NCBI GenBank assembly: GCA_964016885.1
Contig: OZ024743.1
Location: forward strand, 374,728,001 to 374,792,000
Origin: Eledone cirrhosa
Lineage: Eukaryota
Length of the DNA stretch: 64,000 nt
Direction of reading: 5' to 3'
Positions 33,701 through 51,500 of the stretch are shown one piece after another. The translations under genes and the position numbers were made by a program. The notes under the pieces are model-generated. The model was not told the origin of the DNA and did not search any database. It worked only from the letters and a program-made list of their open reading frames with translations. Each line of letters opens with the position of its first letter. Within the stretch, counting starts at the first letter, position 1.

Positions 33701-36700
33701 CAACAATAGACACTGCTACGTCATAGTCAATTTACATCACATCTCTGTCCACAACAATAGACACTGCTACGTAATAGTCAATATACATCACATCTATGTC
33801 CACAACAATAGACACTGCTACGTCATAGTCAATATACATCACATCTCTGTCTACAATAGACACTGCTACGTCATATTCAATATACATCACATCTTTATCT
33901 ACAACAATAGACACTGCTACGTCATAGTCAATATACATCACATCTCTGTCTACAATAGACACTGCTACGTCATATTCAATATACATCACATCTTTATCTA
34001 CAACAATAGACACTGCTACGTCATAGTCAATATACATCACATCTCTGTCTGTGTGTCTACAACAATAGACACTGCTACGTCATAGTCAATATACATCACA
34101 TCTCTCTCCACAACAATAGACACTGCTACGTCATAGTCAATATACATCACATCTCTGTCCACAACAATAGACAATGCTACGTCATAGTCAATATACATCA
34201 CATCTCTGTCCACAACAATAGACACTGCTACGTCATAGTCAATTTGCATCACATCTCTGTCCACAACAATAGACACTGCTACTTCATAGTCAATATACAT
34301 CACATCTCTGTCCACAACAATAGGCACTGCTACGTCATAGTCAATATACATCACATCTCTGTCTACAATAGACACTGCTACGTCATATTCAATATAATCA
34401 CATCTTTGTCTACAGCAATAGACACTGCTACGTCCTAGTCAATATACATCACATCTCTGTCTGTGTGTCTACAACAATAGACACGGCTACGTCATTGTCA
34501 ATATACATCACATCTCTATCCACAACAATAGACACTGCTGCGTCATAGTCAATATACATCACATCTCTGTCCACAACAATAGACACTGCTACGTCATAGT
34601 CAAATTTCATCACATCTCTCTCCACAACAATAGACACTGCTACGTCATAGTCAATATACATCACATCTCTGTCTACAACAATAGACACTGCTACGTCATA
34701 GTCAATATACATCACATCTCTGTCCACAACAATAGACACTGCTACGTCATAGTCAATTTGCAACACATCTCTGTCTACAACAGACACTGCTACGTCATAG
34801 TCAATATACATCACATCTCTGTCTACAACAATAGACACTGCTACGTCATAGTCAATTTACATCACATCTCTGTCCACAACAATAGACACTGCTACGTCAT
34901 AGTCAATATATATCACATCTTTGTCTACAACAATAGACACTGCTACGTCATAGTCAATATACATCACATCTCTGTCCATAACAATAGACACTGCTACGTC
35001 ATAGTCAATTTACATCACATCTCTGTCCACAACAATAGACACTGCTACGTCATATTCAATATACATCACATCTCTGTCCACAACAATAGACACTGCTACG
35101 TCATAGTCAATATACATCACATCTCTGTCCATAACAATAGACACTGCAACGTCATCGTCAATATACATCACATCTCTGTCTACAACAATAGACACTGCTA
35201 CGTCATAGTCAATATACATCACATCTCTGTCTACAATAGACACTGCTACGTCATATTCAATATACATCATATCTCTGTCCACAACAATAGACACTGCTAC
35301 GTCATAGTCAATTTACATCACATCTCTGTCCACAACAATAGACACTGCTACGTAATAGTCAATATACATCACATCTATGTCCACAACAATAGACACTGCT
35401 ACGTCATAGTCAATATACATCACATCTCTGTCTACAATAGACACTGCTACGTCATATTCAATATACATCACATCTTTATCTACAACAATAGACACTGCTA
35501 CGTCATAGTCAATATACATCACATCTCTGTCTACAATAGACACTGCTACGTCATATTCAATATACATCACATCTTTATCTACAACAATAGACACTGCTAC
35601 GTCATAGTCAATATACATCACATCTCTGTCTGTGTGTCTACAACAATAGACACTGCTACGTCATAGTCAATATACATCACATCTCTCTCCACAACAATAG
35701 ACACTGCTACGTCATAGTCAATATACATCACATCTCTGTCCACAACAATAGACAATGCTACGTCATAGTCAATATACATCACATCTCTGTCCACAACAAT
35801 AGACACTGCTACGTCATAGTCAATTTGCATCACATCTCTGTCCACAACAATAGACACTGCTACTTCATAGTCAATATACATCACATCTCTGTCCACAACA
35901 ATAGGCACTGCTACGTCATAGTCAATATACATCACATCTCTGTCTACAATAGACACTGCTACGTCATATTCAATATAATCACATCTTTGTCTACAGCAAT
36001 AGACACTGCTACGTCCTAGTCAATATACATCACATCTCTGTCTGTGTGTCTACAACAATAGACACGGCTACGTCATTGTCAATATACATCACATCTCTAT
36101 CCACAACAATAGACACTGCTGCGTCATAGTCAATATACATCACATCTCTGTCCACAACAATAGACACTGCTACGTCATAGTCAAATTTCATCACATCTCT
36201 CTCCACAACAATAGACACTGCTACGTCATAGTCAATATACATCACATCTCTGTCTACAACAATAGACACTGCTACGTCATAGTCAATATACATCACATCT
36301 CTGTCCACAACAATAGACACTGCTACGTCATAGTCAATTTGCAACACATCTCTGTCTACAACAGACACTGCTACGTCATAGTCAATATACATCACATCTC
36401 TGTCTACAACAATAGACACTGCTACGTCATAGTCAATTTACATCACATCTCTGTCCACAACAATAGACACTGCTACGTCATAGTCAATATATATCACATC
36501 TTTGTCTACAACAATAGACACTGCTACGTCATAGTCAATATACATCACATCTCTGTCCATAACAATAGACACTGCTACGTCATAGTCAATTTACATCACA
36601 TCTCTGTCCACAACAATAGACACTGCTACGTAATAGTCAATATACATCACATCTATGTCCACAACAATAGACACTGCTACGTCATAGTCAATATACATCA

Positions 36701-39500
36701 CATCTCTGTCTACAATAGACACTGCTACGTCATATTCAATATACATCACATCTTTATCTACAACAATAGACACTGCTACGTCATAGTCAATATACATCAC
36801 ATCTCTGTCTACAATAGACACTGCTACGTCATATTCAATATACATCACATCTTTATCTACAACAATAGACACTGCTACGTCATAGTCAATATACATCACA
36901 TCTCTGTCTGTGTGTCTACAACAATAGACACTGCTACGTCATAGTCAATATACATCACATCTCTCTCCACAACAATAGACACTGCTACGTCATAGTCAAT
37001 ATACATCACATCTCTGTCCACAACAATAGACAATGCTACGTCATAGTCAATATACATCACATCTCTGTCCACAACAATAGACACTGCTACGTCATAGTCA
37101 ATTTGCATCACATCTCTGTCCACAACAATAGACACTGCTACTTCATAGTCAATATACATCACATCTCTGTCCACAACAATAGGCACTGCTACGTCATAGT
37201 CAATATACATCACATCTCTGTCTACAATAGACACTGCTACGTCATATTCAATATAATCACATCTTTGTCTACAGCAATAGACACTGCTACGTCCTAGTCA
37301 ATATACATCACATCTCTGTCTGTGTGTCTACAACAATAGACACGGCTACGTCATTGTCAATATACATCACATCTCTATCCACAACAATAGACACTGCTGC
37401 GTCATAGTCAATATACATCACATCTCTGTCCACAACAATAGACACTGCTACGTCATAGTCAAATTTCATCACATCTCTCTCCACAACAATAGACACTGCT
37501 ACGTCATAGTCAATATACATCACATCTCTGTCTACAACAATAGACACTGCTACGTCATAGTCAATATACATCACATCTCTGTCCACAACAATAGACACTG
37601 CTACGTCATAGTCAATTTGCAACACATCTCTGTCTACAACAGACACTGCTACGTCATAGTCAATATACATCACATCTCTGTCTACAACAATAGACACTGC
37701 TACGTCATAGTCAATTTACATCACATCTCTGTCCACAACAATAGACACTGCTACGTCATAGTCAATATATATCACATCTTTGTCTACAACAATAGACACT
37801 GCTACGTCATAGTCAATATACATCACATCTCTGTCCATAACAATAGACACTGCTACGTCATAGTCAATTTACATCACATCTCTGTCCACAACAATAGACA
37901 CTGCTACGTCATATTCAATATACATCACATCTCTGTCCACAACAATAGACACTGCTACGTCATAGTCAATATACATCACATCTCTGTCCATAACAATAGA
38001 CACTGCAACGTCATCGTCAATATACATCACATCTCTGTCTACAACAATAGACACTGCTACGTCATAGTCAATATACATCACATCTCTGTCTACAATAGAC
38101 ACTGCTACGTCATATTCAATATACATCATATCTCTGTCCACAACAATAGACACTGCTACGTCATAGTCAATTTACATCACATCTCTGTCCACAACAATAG
38201 ACACTGCTACGTAATAGTCAATATACATCACATCTATGTCCACAACAATAGACACTGCTACGTCATAGTCAATATACATCACATCTCTGTCTACAATAGA
38301 CACTGCTACGTCATATTCAATATACATCACATCTTTATCTACAACAATAGACACTGCTACGTCATAGTCAATATACATCACATCTCTGTCTACAATAGAC
38401 ACTGCTACGTCATATTCAATATACATCACATCTTTATCTACAACAATAGACACTGCTACGTCATAGTCAATATACATCACATCTCTGTCTGTGTGTCTAC
38501 AACAATAGACACTGCTACGTCATAGTCAATATACATCACATCTCTCTCCACAACAATAGACACTGCTACGTCATAGTCAATATACATCACATCTCTGTCC
38601 ACAACAATAGACAATGCTACGTCATAGTCAATATACATCACATCTCTGTCCACAACAATAGACACTGCTACGTCATAGTCAATTTGCATCACATCTCTGT
38701 CCACAACAATAGACACTGCTACTTCATAGTCAATATACATCACATCTCTGTCCACAACAATAGGCACTGCTACGTCATAGTCAATATACATCACATCTCT
38801 GTCTACAATAGACACTGCTACGTCATATTCAATATAATCACATCTTTGTCTACAGCAATAGACACTGCTACGTCCTAGTCAATATACATCACATCTCTGT
38901 CTGTGTGTCTACAACAATAGACACGGCTACGTCATTGTCAATATACATCACATCTCTATCCACAACAATAGACACTGCTGCGTCATAGTCAATATACATC
39001 ACATCTCTGTCCACAACAATAGACACTGCTACGTCATAGTCAAATTTCATCACATCTCTCTCCACAACAATAGACACTGCTACGTCATAGTCAATATACA
39101 TCACATCTCTGTCTACAACAATAGACACTGCTACGTCATAGTCAATATACATCACATCTCTGTCCACAACAATAGACACTGCTACGTCATAGTCAATTTG
39201 CAACACATCTCTGTCTACAACAGACACTGCTACGTCATAGTCAATATACATCACATCTCTGTCTACAACAATAGACACTGCTACGTCATAGTCAATTTAC
39301 ATCACATCTCTGTCCACAACAATAGACACTGCTACGTCATAGTCAATATATATCACATCTTTGTCTACAACAATAGACACTGCTACGTCATAGTCAATAT
39401 ACATCACATCTCTGTCCATAACAATAGACACTGCTACGTCATAGTCAATTTACATCACATCTCTGTCCACAACAATAGACACTGCTACGTCATATTCAAT
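33500..39500. repeat. Higher-order repeat domain with 1581/1278-bp units (2859-bp super-period)
   Basis: The same variant block starts at 33732, 35313, 36591 and 38172. Diagnostic variants are GTAATAGTC, TATAATCAC and GTCATTGTC. Confidence 0.9.
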
Positions 39501-42500
39501 ATACATCACAACTCTGTCTACAACAATAGACACTGCTACGTCATAGTCAATATACATCGCATCTCTGTCTGTGTGTCTACAACAATAGACACTGCTACGT
39601 CATAGTCAATTTACATCACATCTCTGTCCACAACAATAGACACTGCTACGTCATATTCAATATACATCACAACTCTGTCTACAACAATAGACACTGCTAC
39701 GTCATAGTCAATATACATCGCATCTCTGTCTGTGTGTGTACAACAATAGACACTGCTACGTCATAGTCAATATACATCACATCTCTGTCCACAACAATAG
39801 ACACTGCTGCGTCATAGTCAATATACATCACATCTCTGTCCACAACAATAGACACTGCTACGTCATAGTTAATATACATCACATCTCTGTCCACAACAAT
39901 AGACACTGCTACGTCATAGTCAATATACATCACATCTCTGTCCACAACAATAGACACTGCTACGTCATAGTCAATTTGCATCACATCTCTGTCCACAACA
40001 ATAGATACTGCTACGTCATAGTCAACATACATCACATCTCTGTCTACAACAATAGACACTGCTACGTCATAGTCAATATACATCATATATCTGTCCACAA
40101 CAATAGACACTGCTACGTCATAGTCAATTTACATCACATCTCTGTCCACAACAATAGACACTGCTACGTCATAGTCAATATACATCACATCTCTGTCTAC
40201 AACAATAGACACTGCTACGTCATAGTCAATATACATCACTTCTCTGTCTACAACAATAGACACTGCTACGTCATAGTCAATATACATCACATCTCTGTCT
40301 ACAATAGACACTGCTACGTCATATTCAATATACATCATATCTCTGTCCACAACAATAGACACTGCTACGTCATAGTCAATTTACATCACATCTCTGTCCA
40401 CAACAATAGACACTGCTATGTCATAGTCAATATACATCACATCTATGTCCACAACAATAGACACTGCTACGTCATAGTCAATATACATCACATCTCTATC
40501 TACAACAATAGAAACTGCTACGTCATAGTCAATATACATCACATCTCTGTCTACAATAGACACTGCTACGTCATATTCAATATACATCACATCTCTGTCT
40601 GTGTGTCTACAACAATAGACACTGCTACGTCATAGTCAATATACATCACATCTCTGTCCACAACAATAGACACTGCTACTTCATAGTCAAATTTCATCAC
40701 ATCTCTATCCACAACAATAGACACTGCTACGTCATAGTCAAATTTCATCACATCTCTCTCCACAACAATAGACACTGCTACGTCATAGTCAATTTACATC
40801 ACATCTCTGTCCACAACAATAGACACTGCTACGTCATAGTCAATATACATCACATCTCTATCCACAACAATAGACACTGCTACGTCATAGTCAATATACA
40901 TCACATCTCTGTCCACAACAATAGACACTGCTACGTCATAGTCAATATACATCACATCTCTGTCCACAACAATAGATACTGCTACGTCATAGTCAATTTG
41001 CAACACATCTCTGTCTACAACAGACACTGCTACGTCATAGTCAATATACATCACATCTCTGTCTACAACAATAGACACTGCTACGTCATAGTCAATTTAC
41101 ATCACATCTCTGTCCACAACAATAGACACTGCTACGTCATAGTCAATATACATCACATCTTTGTCTACAACAATAGACACTGCTACGTCATAGTCAATAT
41201 ACATCACATCTCTGTCCGCAACAATAGACACTGCTACGTCATAGTCAATTTACATCACATCTCTGTCCACAACAATAGACACTGCTACGTCATATTCAAT
41301 ATACATCACAACTCTGTCTACAACAATAGACACTGTTACGTCATAGTCAATATACATCGCATCTCTGTCTGTGTGTCTACAACAATAGACACTGCTACGT
41401 CATAGTCAATATACATCACATCTCTGTCCACAACAATAGACACTGCTACGTCATAGTCAATATACATCACATCTCTGTCCACAACAATAGACACTGCTAC
41501 GTCATAGTCAATTTGCATCACATCTCTGTCCACAACAATAGACACTGCTACTTCATAGTCAATATACATCACATCTCTGTCTACAATAGACACTGCTACG
41601 TGATATTCAATATACATCATATCTCTGTCCACAACAATAGACACTGCTACGTCATAGTCAATTTATATCACATCTCTGTCCACAACAATAGACACTGCTA
41701 CGTAATAGTCAATATACATCACATCTATGTCCACAACAATAGACACTGCTACGTCATAGTCAATATACATCACATCTCTATCTACAACAATAGACACTGC
41801 TACGTCATAGTCAATATACATCACATCTCTGTCTACAATAGACACTGCTACGTCATATTCAATATACATCACATCTTTATCTACAACAATAGACACTGCT
41901 ACGTCATAGTCAATATACATCACATCTCTGTCTGTGTGTCTACAACAATAGACACTGCTACGTCATAGTCAATATACATCACATCTCTGTCCACAACAAT
42001 AGACACTGCTACATCATAGTCAAATTTCATCACATCTCTCTCCACAACAATAGACACTGCTACGTCATAGTCAATATACATCACATCTCTGTCCACAACA
42101 ATAGACAATGCTACGTCATAGTCAATATACATCACATCTCTGTCCACAACAATAGACACTGCTACGTCATAGTCAATTTGCATCACATCTCTGTCCACAA
42201 CAATAGACACTGCTACTTCATAGTCAATATACATCACATCTCTGTCTGTGTGTCCACAACAATAGGCACTGCTACGTCATAGTCAATATACATCACATCT
42301 CTGTCTACAATAGACACTGCTACGTCATATTCAATATAATCACATCTTTGTCTACAGCAATAGACACTGCTACGTCCTAGTCAATATACATCACATCTCT
42401 GTCTGTGTGTCTACAACAATAGACACGGCTACGTCATAGTCAATATACATCACATCTCTATCCACAACAATAGACACTGCTGCGTCATAGTCAATATACA

Positions 42501-45500
42501 TCACATCTCTGTCCACAACAATAGACACTGCTACGTCATAGTCAAATTTCATCACATCTCTCTCCACAACAATAGACACTGCTACGTCATAGTCAATATA
42601 CATCACATCTCTGTCCACAACAATAGACACTGCTACGTCATAGTCAATTTGCAACACATCTCTGTCTACAACAGACACTGCTACGTCATAGTCAATATAC
42701 ATCACATCTCTGTCCATAACAATAGACACTGCCACGTCATAGTCAATTTACATCACATCTCTGTCCACAACAATAGACACTGCTACGTCATAGTCAATAT
42801 ATATCACATCTTTGTCTACAACAATAGACACTGCTACGTCATAGTCAATATACATCACATCTCTGTCCATAACAATAGACACTGCTACGTCATAGTCAAT
42901 TTACATCACATCTCTGTCCACAACAATAGACACTGCTACGTCATATTCAATATACATCACAACTCTGTCTACAACAATAGACACTGCTACGTCATAGTCA
43001 ATATACATCGCATCTCTGTCTGTGTGTCTACAACAATAGACACTGCTACGTCATAGTCAATATACATCACATCTCTGTCCACAACAATAGACACTGCTGC
43101 GTCATAGTCAATATACATCACATCTCTGTCCACAACAATAGACACTGCTACGTCATAGTCAATATACATCACATCTCTGTCCACAACAATAGACACTGCT
43201 ACGTCATAGTCAATATACATCACATCTCTGTCCACAAAAATAGACACTGCTACGTCATAGTCAATTTGCATCACATCTCTGTCCACAACAATAGATACTG
43301 CTACGTCATAGTCAACATACATCACATCTCTGTCTACAACAATAGACACTGCTACGTCATAGTCAATTTACATCACATCTCTGTCCACAACAATAGACAC
43401 TGCTACGTCATATTCAATATACATCACAACTCTGTCTACAACAATAGACACTGCTACGTCATAGTCAATATACATCGCATCTCTGTCTGTGTGTGTACAA
43501 CAATAGACACTGCTACGTCATAGTCAATATACATCACATCTCTGTCCACAACAATAGACACTGCTGCGTCATAGTTAATATACATCACATCTCTGTCCAC
43601 AACAATAGACACTGCTACGTCATAGTCAATATACATCACATCTCTGTCCACAACAATAGACACTGCTACGTCATAGTCAATATACATCACATCTCTGTCC
43701 ACAACAATAGACACTGCTACGTCATAGTCAATTTGCATCACATCTCTGTCCACAACAATAGATACTGCTACGTCATAGTCAACATACATCACATCTCTGT
43801 CTACAACAATAGACACTGCTACGTCATAGTCAATATACATCATATCTCTGTCCACAACAATAGACACTGCTACGTCATAGTCAATTTACATCACATCTCT
43901 GTCCACAACAATAGACACTGCTACGTCATAGTCAATATACATCACATCTCTGTCTACAACAATAGACACTGCTACGTCATAGTCAATATACATCACATCT
44001 CTGACTACAACAATAGACATTGCTACGTCATAGTCAATATACATCACATCTCTGTCCACAACAATAGACACTGCTACGTCATAGTCAATTTACATCACAT
44101 CTCTGTCCACAACAATAGACACTGCTACGTATAGTCAATATACATCACATCTCTGTCTACAACAATAGACACTGCTACGTCATAGTCAATATACATCACA
44201 TCTCTGTCCACAACAATAGACACTGCTACGTCATAGTCAATATACATCACATCTCTGTCCACAACAATAGACACTGCTACGTCATAGTCAATATACATCA
44301 CATCTCTGTCCACAACAATAGACACTGCTACAACATAGTTAATATACATCACATCTCTGTCTACACCAATAGACACTGCTACGTCATAGTCAATATACAT
44401 CACATCTCTGTCTACACCAATAGACACTGCTACGTCATAGTCAATATACATCACATCTCTGTCCATAACAATAGACACTGCAACGTCATCGTCAATATAC
44501 ATCACATCTCTGTCTACAACAATAGACACTGCTACGTCATAGTATATATACATCACATCTCTGTCTACAATAGACACTGCTACGTCATATTCAATATACA
44601 TCATATCTCTGTCCACAACAATAGACACTGCTACGTCATAGTCAATTTACATCACATCTCTGTCCACAACAATAGACACTGCTACGTCATAGTCAATATA
44701 CATCACATCTATGTCCACAACAATAGACACTGCTACGTCATAGTCAATATACATCACATCTCTATCTACAACAATAGAAACTGCTACGTCATAGTCAATA
44801 TACATCACATCTCTGTCTACAATAGACACTGCTACGTCATATTCAATGTACATCACATCTTTATCTACAACAATAGACACTGCTACGTCATAGTCAATAT
44901 ACATCACATCTCTGTCTGTGTGTCTACAACAATAGACACTGCTACGTCATAGTCAATATACATCACATCTCTGTCCACAACAATAGACACTGCTGCGTCA
45001 TAGTCAATATACATCACATCTCTGTCCACAACAATAGACACTGCTACGTCATAGTCAATATACATCACATCTCTGTCCACAACAATAGACACTGCTACGT
45101 CATAGTCAATATACATCACATCTCTGTCCACAACAATAGACACTGCTACGTCATAGTCAATTTGCATCACATCTCTGTCCACAACAATAGATACTGCTAC
45201 GTCATAGTCAACATACATCACATCTCTGTCTACAACAATAGACACTGCTACGTCATAGTCAATTTACATCACATCTCTGTCCACAACAATAGACACTGTT
45301 ACGTCATATTCAATATACATCACAACTCTGTCTACAACAATAGACACTGCTACGTCATAGTCAATATACATCGCATCTCTGTCTGTGTGTCTACAACAAT
45401 AGACACTGCTACGTCATAGTCAATATACATCACATCTCTGTCCACAACAATAGACACTGCTGCGTCATAGTCAATATACATCACATCTCTGTCCACAACA

Positions 45501-48500
45501 ATAGACACTGCTACGTCATAGTCAATATACATCACATCTCTGTCCACAACAATAGACACTGCTACGTCATAGTCAATATACATCACAACTCTGTCTACAA
45601 CAATAGACACTGCTACGTCATAGTCAATATACATCGCATCTCTGTCTGTGTGTCTACAACAATAGACACTGCTACGTCATAGTCAATTTACATCACATCT
45701 CTGTCCACAACAATAGACACTGCTACGTCATATTCAATATACATCACAACTCTGTCTACAACAATAGACACTGCTACGTCATAGTCAATATACATCGCAT
45801 CTCTGTCTGTGTGTGTACAACAATAGACACTGCTACGTCATAGTCAATATACATCACATCTCTGTCCACAACAATAGACACTGCTGCGTCATAGTCAATA
45901 TACATCACATCTCTGTCCACAACAATAGACACTGCTACGTCATAGTTAATATACATCACATCTCTGTCCACAACAATAGACACTGCTACGTCATAGTCAA
46001 TATACATCACATCTCTGTCCACAACAATAGACACTGCTACGTCATAGTCAATTTGCATCACATCTCTGTCCACAACAATAGATACTGCTACGTCATAGTC
46101 AACATACATCACATCTCTGTCTACAACAATAGACACTGCTACGTCATAGTCAATATACATCATATATCTGTCCACAACAATAGACACTGCTACGTCATAG
46201 TCAATTTACATCACATCTCTGTCCACAACAATAGACACTGCTACGTCATAGTCAATATACATCACATCTCTGTCTACAACAATAGACACTGCTACGTCAT
46301 AGTCAATATACATCACATCTCTGTCTACAACAATAGACACTGCTACGTCATAGTCAATATACATCACATCTCTGTCTACAATAGACACTGCTACGTCATA
46401 TTCAATATACATCATATCTCTGTCCACAACAATAGACACTGCTACGTCATAGTCAATTTACATCACATCTCTGTCCACAACAATAGACACTGCTATGTCA
46501 TAGTCAATATACATCACATCTATGTCCACAACAATAGACACTGCTACGTCATAGTCAATATACATCACATCTCTATCTACAACAATAGAAACTGCTACGT
46601 CATAGTCAATATACATCACATCTCTGTCTACAATAGACACTGCTACGTCATATTCAATATACATCACATCTCTGTCTGTGTGTCTACAACAATAGACACT
46701 GCTACGTCATAGTCAATATACATCACATCTCTGTCCACAACAATAGACACTGCTACTTCATAGTCAAATTTCATCACATCTCTATCCACAACAATAGACA
46801 CTGCTACGTCATAGTCAAATTTCATCACATCTCTCTCCACAACAATAGACACTGCTACGTCATAGTCAATTTACATCACATCTCTGTCCACAACAATAGA
46901 CACTGCTACGTCATAGTCAATATACATCACATCTCTATCCACAACAATAGACACTGCTACGTCATAGTCAATATACATCACATCTCTGTCCACAACAATA
47001 GACACTGCTACGTCATAGTCAATATACATCACATCTCTGTCCACAACAATAGATACTGCTACGTCATAGTCAATTTGCAACACATCTCTGTCTACAACAG
47101 ACACTGCTACGTCATAGTCAATATACATCACATCTCTGTCTACAACAATAGACACTGCTACGTCATAGTCAATTTACATCACATCTCTGTCCACAACAAT
47201 AGACACTGCTACGTCATAGTCAATATACATCACATCTTTGTCTACAACAATAGACACTGCTACGTCATAGTCAATATACATCACATCTTTGTCCGCAACA
47301 ATAGACACTGCTACGTCATAGTCAATTTACATCACATCTCTGTCCACAACAATAGACACTGCTACGTCATATTCAATATACATCACAACTCTGTCTACAA
47401 CAATAGACACTGTTACGTCATAGTCAATATACATCGCATCTCTGTCTGTGTGTCTACAACAATAGACACTGCTACGTCATAGTCAATATACATCACATCT
47501 CTGTCCACAACAATAGACACTGCTACGTCATAGTCAATATACATCACATCTCTGTCCACAACAATAGACACTGCTACGTCATAGTCAATTTGCATCACAT
47601 CTCTGTCCACAACAATAGACACTGCTACTTCATAGTCAATATACATCACATCTCTGTCTACAATAGACACTGCTACGTGATATTCAATATACATCATATC
47701 TCTGTCCACAACAATAGACACTGCTACGTCATAGTCAATTTATATCACATCTCTGTCCACAACAATAGACACTGCTACGTAATAGTCAATATACATCACA
47801 TCTATGTCCACAACAATAGACACTGCTACGTCATAGTCAATATACATCACATCTCTATCTACAACAATAGACACTGCTACGTCATAGTCAATATACATCA
47901 CATCTCTGTCTACAATAGACACTGCTACGTCATATTCAATATACATCACATCTTTATCTACAACAATAGACACTGCTACGTCATAGTCAATATACATCAC
48001 ATCTCTGTCTGTGTGTCTACAACAATAGACACTGCTACGTCATAGTCAATATACATCACATCTCTGTCCACAACAATAGACACTGCTACGTCATAGTCAA
48101 ATTTCATCACATCTCTCTCCACAACAATAGACACTGCTACGTCATAGTCAATATACATCACATCTCTGTCCACAACAATAGACAATGCTACGTCATAGTC
48201 AATATACATCACATCTCTGTCCACAACAATAGACACTGCTACGTCATAGTCAATTTGCATCACATCTCTGTCCACAACAATAGACACTGCTACTTCATAG
48301 TCAATATACATCACATCTCTGTCTGTGTGTCCACAACAATAGGCACTGCTACGTCATAGTCAATATATCACATCTCTGTCTACAATAGACACTGCTACGT
48401 CATATTCAATATAATCACATCTTTGTCTACAGCAATAGACACTGCTACGTCCTAGTCAATATACATCACATCTCTGTCTGTGTGTCTACAACAATAGACA

Positions 48501-51500
48501 CGGCTACGTCATAGTCAATATACATCACATCTCTATCCACAACAATAGACACTGCTGCGTCATAGTCAATATACATCACATCTCTGTCCACAACAATAGA
48601 CACTGCTACGTCATAGTCAAATTTCATCACATCTCTCTCCACAACAATAGACACTGCTACGTCATAGTCAATATACATCACATCTCTGTCCACAACAATA
48701 GACACTGCTACGTCATAGTCAATTTGCAACACATCTCTGTCTACAACAGACACTGCTACGTCATAGTCAATATACATCACATCTCTGTCCATAACAATAG
48801 ACACTGCCACGTCATAGTCAATTTACATCACATCTCTGTCCACAACAATAGACACTGCTACGTCATAGTCAATATATATCACATCTTTGTCTACAACAAT
48901 AGACACTGCTACGTCATAGTCAATATACATCACATCTCTGTCCATAACAATAGACACTGCTACGTCATAGTCAATTTACATCACATCTCTGTCCACAACA
49001 ATAGACACTGCTACGTCATATTCAATATACATCACAACTCTGTCTACAACAATAGACACTGCTACGTCATAGTCAATATACATCGCATCTCTGTCTGTGT
49101 GTCTACAACAATAGACACTGCTACGTCATAGTCAATATACATCACATCTCTGTCCACAACAATAGACACTGCTGCGTCATAGTCAATATACATCACATCT
49201 CTGTCCACAACAATAGACACTGCTACGTCATAGTCAATATACATCACATCTCTGTCCACAACAATAGACACTGCTACGTCATAGTCAATATACATCACAT
49301 CTCTGTCCACAAAAATAGACACTGCTACGTCATAGTCAATTTGCATCACATCTCTGTCCACAACAATAGATACTGCTACGTCATAGTCAACATACATCAC
49401 ATCTCTGTCTACAACAATAGACACTGCTACGTCATAGTCAATTTACATCACATCTCTGTCCACAACAATAGACACTGCTACGTCATATTCAATATACATC
49501 ACAACTCTGTCTACAACAATAGACACTGCTACGTCATAGTCAATATACATCGCATCTCTGTCTGTGTGTGTACAACAATAGACACTGCTACGTCATAGTC
49601 AATATACATCACATCTCTGTCCACAACAATAGACACTGCTGCGTCATAGTTAATATACATCACATCTCTGTCCACAACAATAGACACTGCTACGTCATAG
49701 TCAATATACATCACATCTCTGTCCACAACAATAGACACTGCTACGTCATAGTCAATATACATCACATCTCTGTCCACAACAATAGACACTGCTACGTCAT
49801 AGTCAATTTGCATCACATCTCTGTCCACAACAATAGATACTGCTACGTCATAGTCAACATACATCACATCTCTGTCTACAACAATAGACACTGCTACGTC
49901 ATAGTCAATATACATCATATCTCTGTCCACAACAATAGACACTGCTACGTCATAGTCAATTAACATCACATCTCTGTCCACAACAATAGACACTGCTACG
50001 TCATAGTCAATATACATCACATCTCTGTCTACAACAATAGACACTGCTACGTCATAGTCAATATACATCACATCTCTGTCCACAACAATAGACACTGCTA
50101 CGTCATAGTCAATATACATCACATCTCTGACTACAACAATAGACATTGCTACGTCATAGTCAATATACATCACATCTCTGTCCACAACAATAGACACTGC
50201 TACGTCATAGTCAATTTACATCACATCTCTGTCCACAACAATAGACACTGCTACGTATAGTCAATATACATCACATCTCTGTCTACAACAATAGACACTG
50301 CTACGTCATAGTCAATATACATCACATCTCTGTCCACAACAATAGACACTGCTACGTCATAGTCAATATACATCACATCTCTGTCCACAACAATAGACAC
50401 TGCTACGTCATAGTCAATATACATCACATCTCTGTCCACAATAATAGACACTGCTACAACATAGTGAATATACATCACATCTCTGTCTACACCAATAGAC
50501 ACTGCTACGTCATAGTCAATATACATCACATCTCTGTCTACACCAATAGACACTGCTACGTCATAGTCAATATACATCACATCTCTGTCCATAACAATAG
50601 ACACTGCAACGTCATCGTCAATATACATCACATCTCTGTCTACAACAATAGACACTGCTACGTCATAGTATATATACATCACATCTCTGTCTACAATAGA
50701 CACTGCTACGTCATATTCAATATACATCATATCTCTGTCCACAACAATAGACACTGCTACGTCATAGTCAATTTACATCACATCTCTGTCCACAACAATA
50801 GACACTGCTACGTCATAGTCAATATACATCACATCTATGTCCACAACAATAGACACTGCTACGTCATAGTCAATATACATCACATCTCTATCTACAACAA
50901 TAGAAACTGCTAGGTCATAGTCAATATACATCACATCTCTGTCTACAATAGACACTGCTACGTCATATTCAATGTACATCACATCTTTATCTACAACAAT
51001 AGACACTGCTACGTCATAGTCAATATACATCACATCTCTGTCTGTGTGTCTACAACAATAGACACTGCTACGTCATAGTCAATATACATCACATCTCTGT
51101 CCACAACAATAGACACTGCTGCGTCATAGTCAATATACATCACATCTCTGTCCACAACAATAGACACTGCTACGTCATAGTCAATATACATCACATCTCT
51201 GTCCACAACAATAGACACTGCTACGTCATAGTCAATATACATCACATCTCTGTCCACAACAATAGACACTGCTACGTCATAGTCAATTTGCATCACATCT
51301 CTGTCCACAACAATAGATACTGCTACGTCATAGTCAACATACATCACATCTCTGTCTACAACAATAGACACTGCTACGTCATAGTCAATTTACATCACAT
51401 CTCTGTCCACAACAATAGACACTGTTACGTCATATTCAATATACATCACAACTCTGTCTACAACAATAGACACTGCTACGTCATAGTCAATATACATCGC

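Noticed and set aside
417-38172. Indels cancel so that some HORs are exact multiples of 51 (1632, 4080, 1581), suggesting selection on phase
   Set aside because: Other HORs (1278, 1905, 2977, 6077, 11670) are not multiples of 51, so the pattern is not general.
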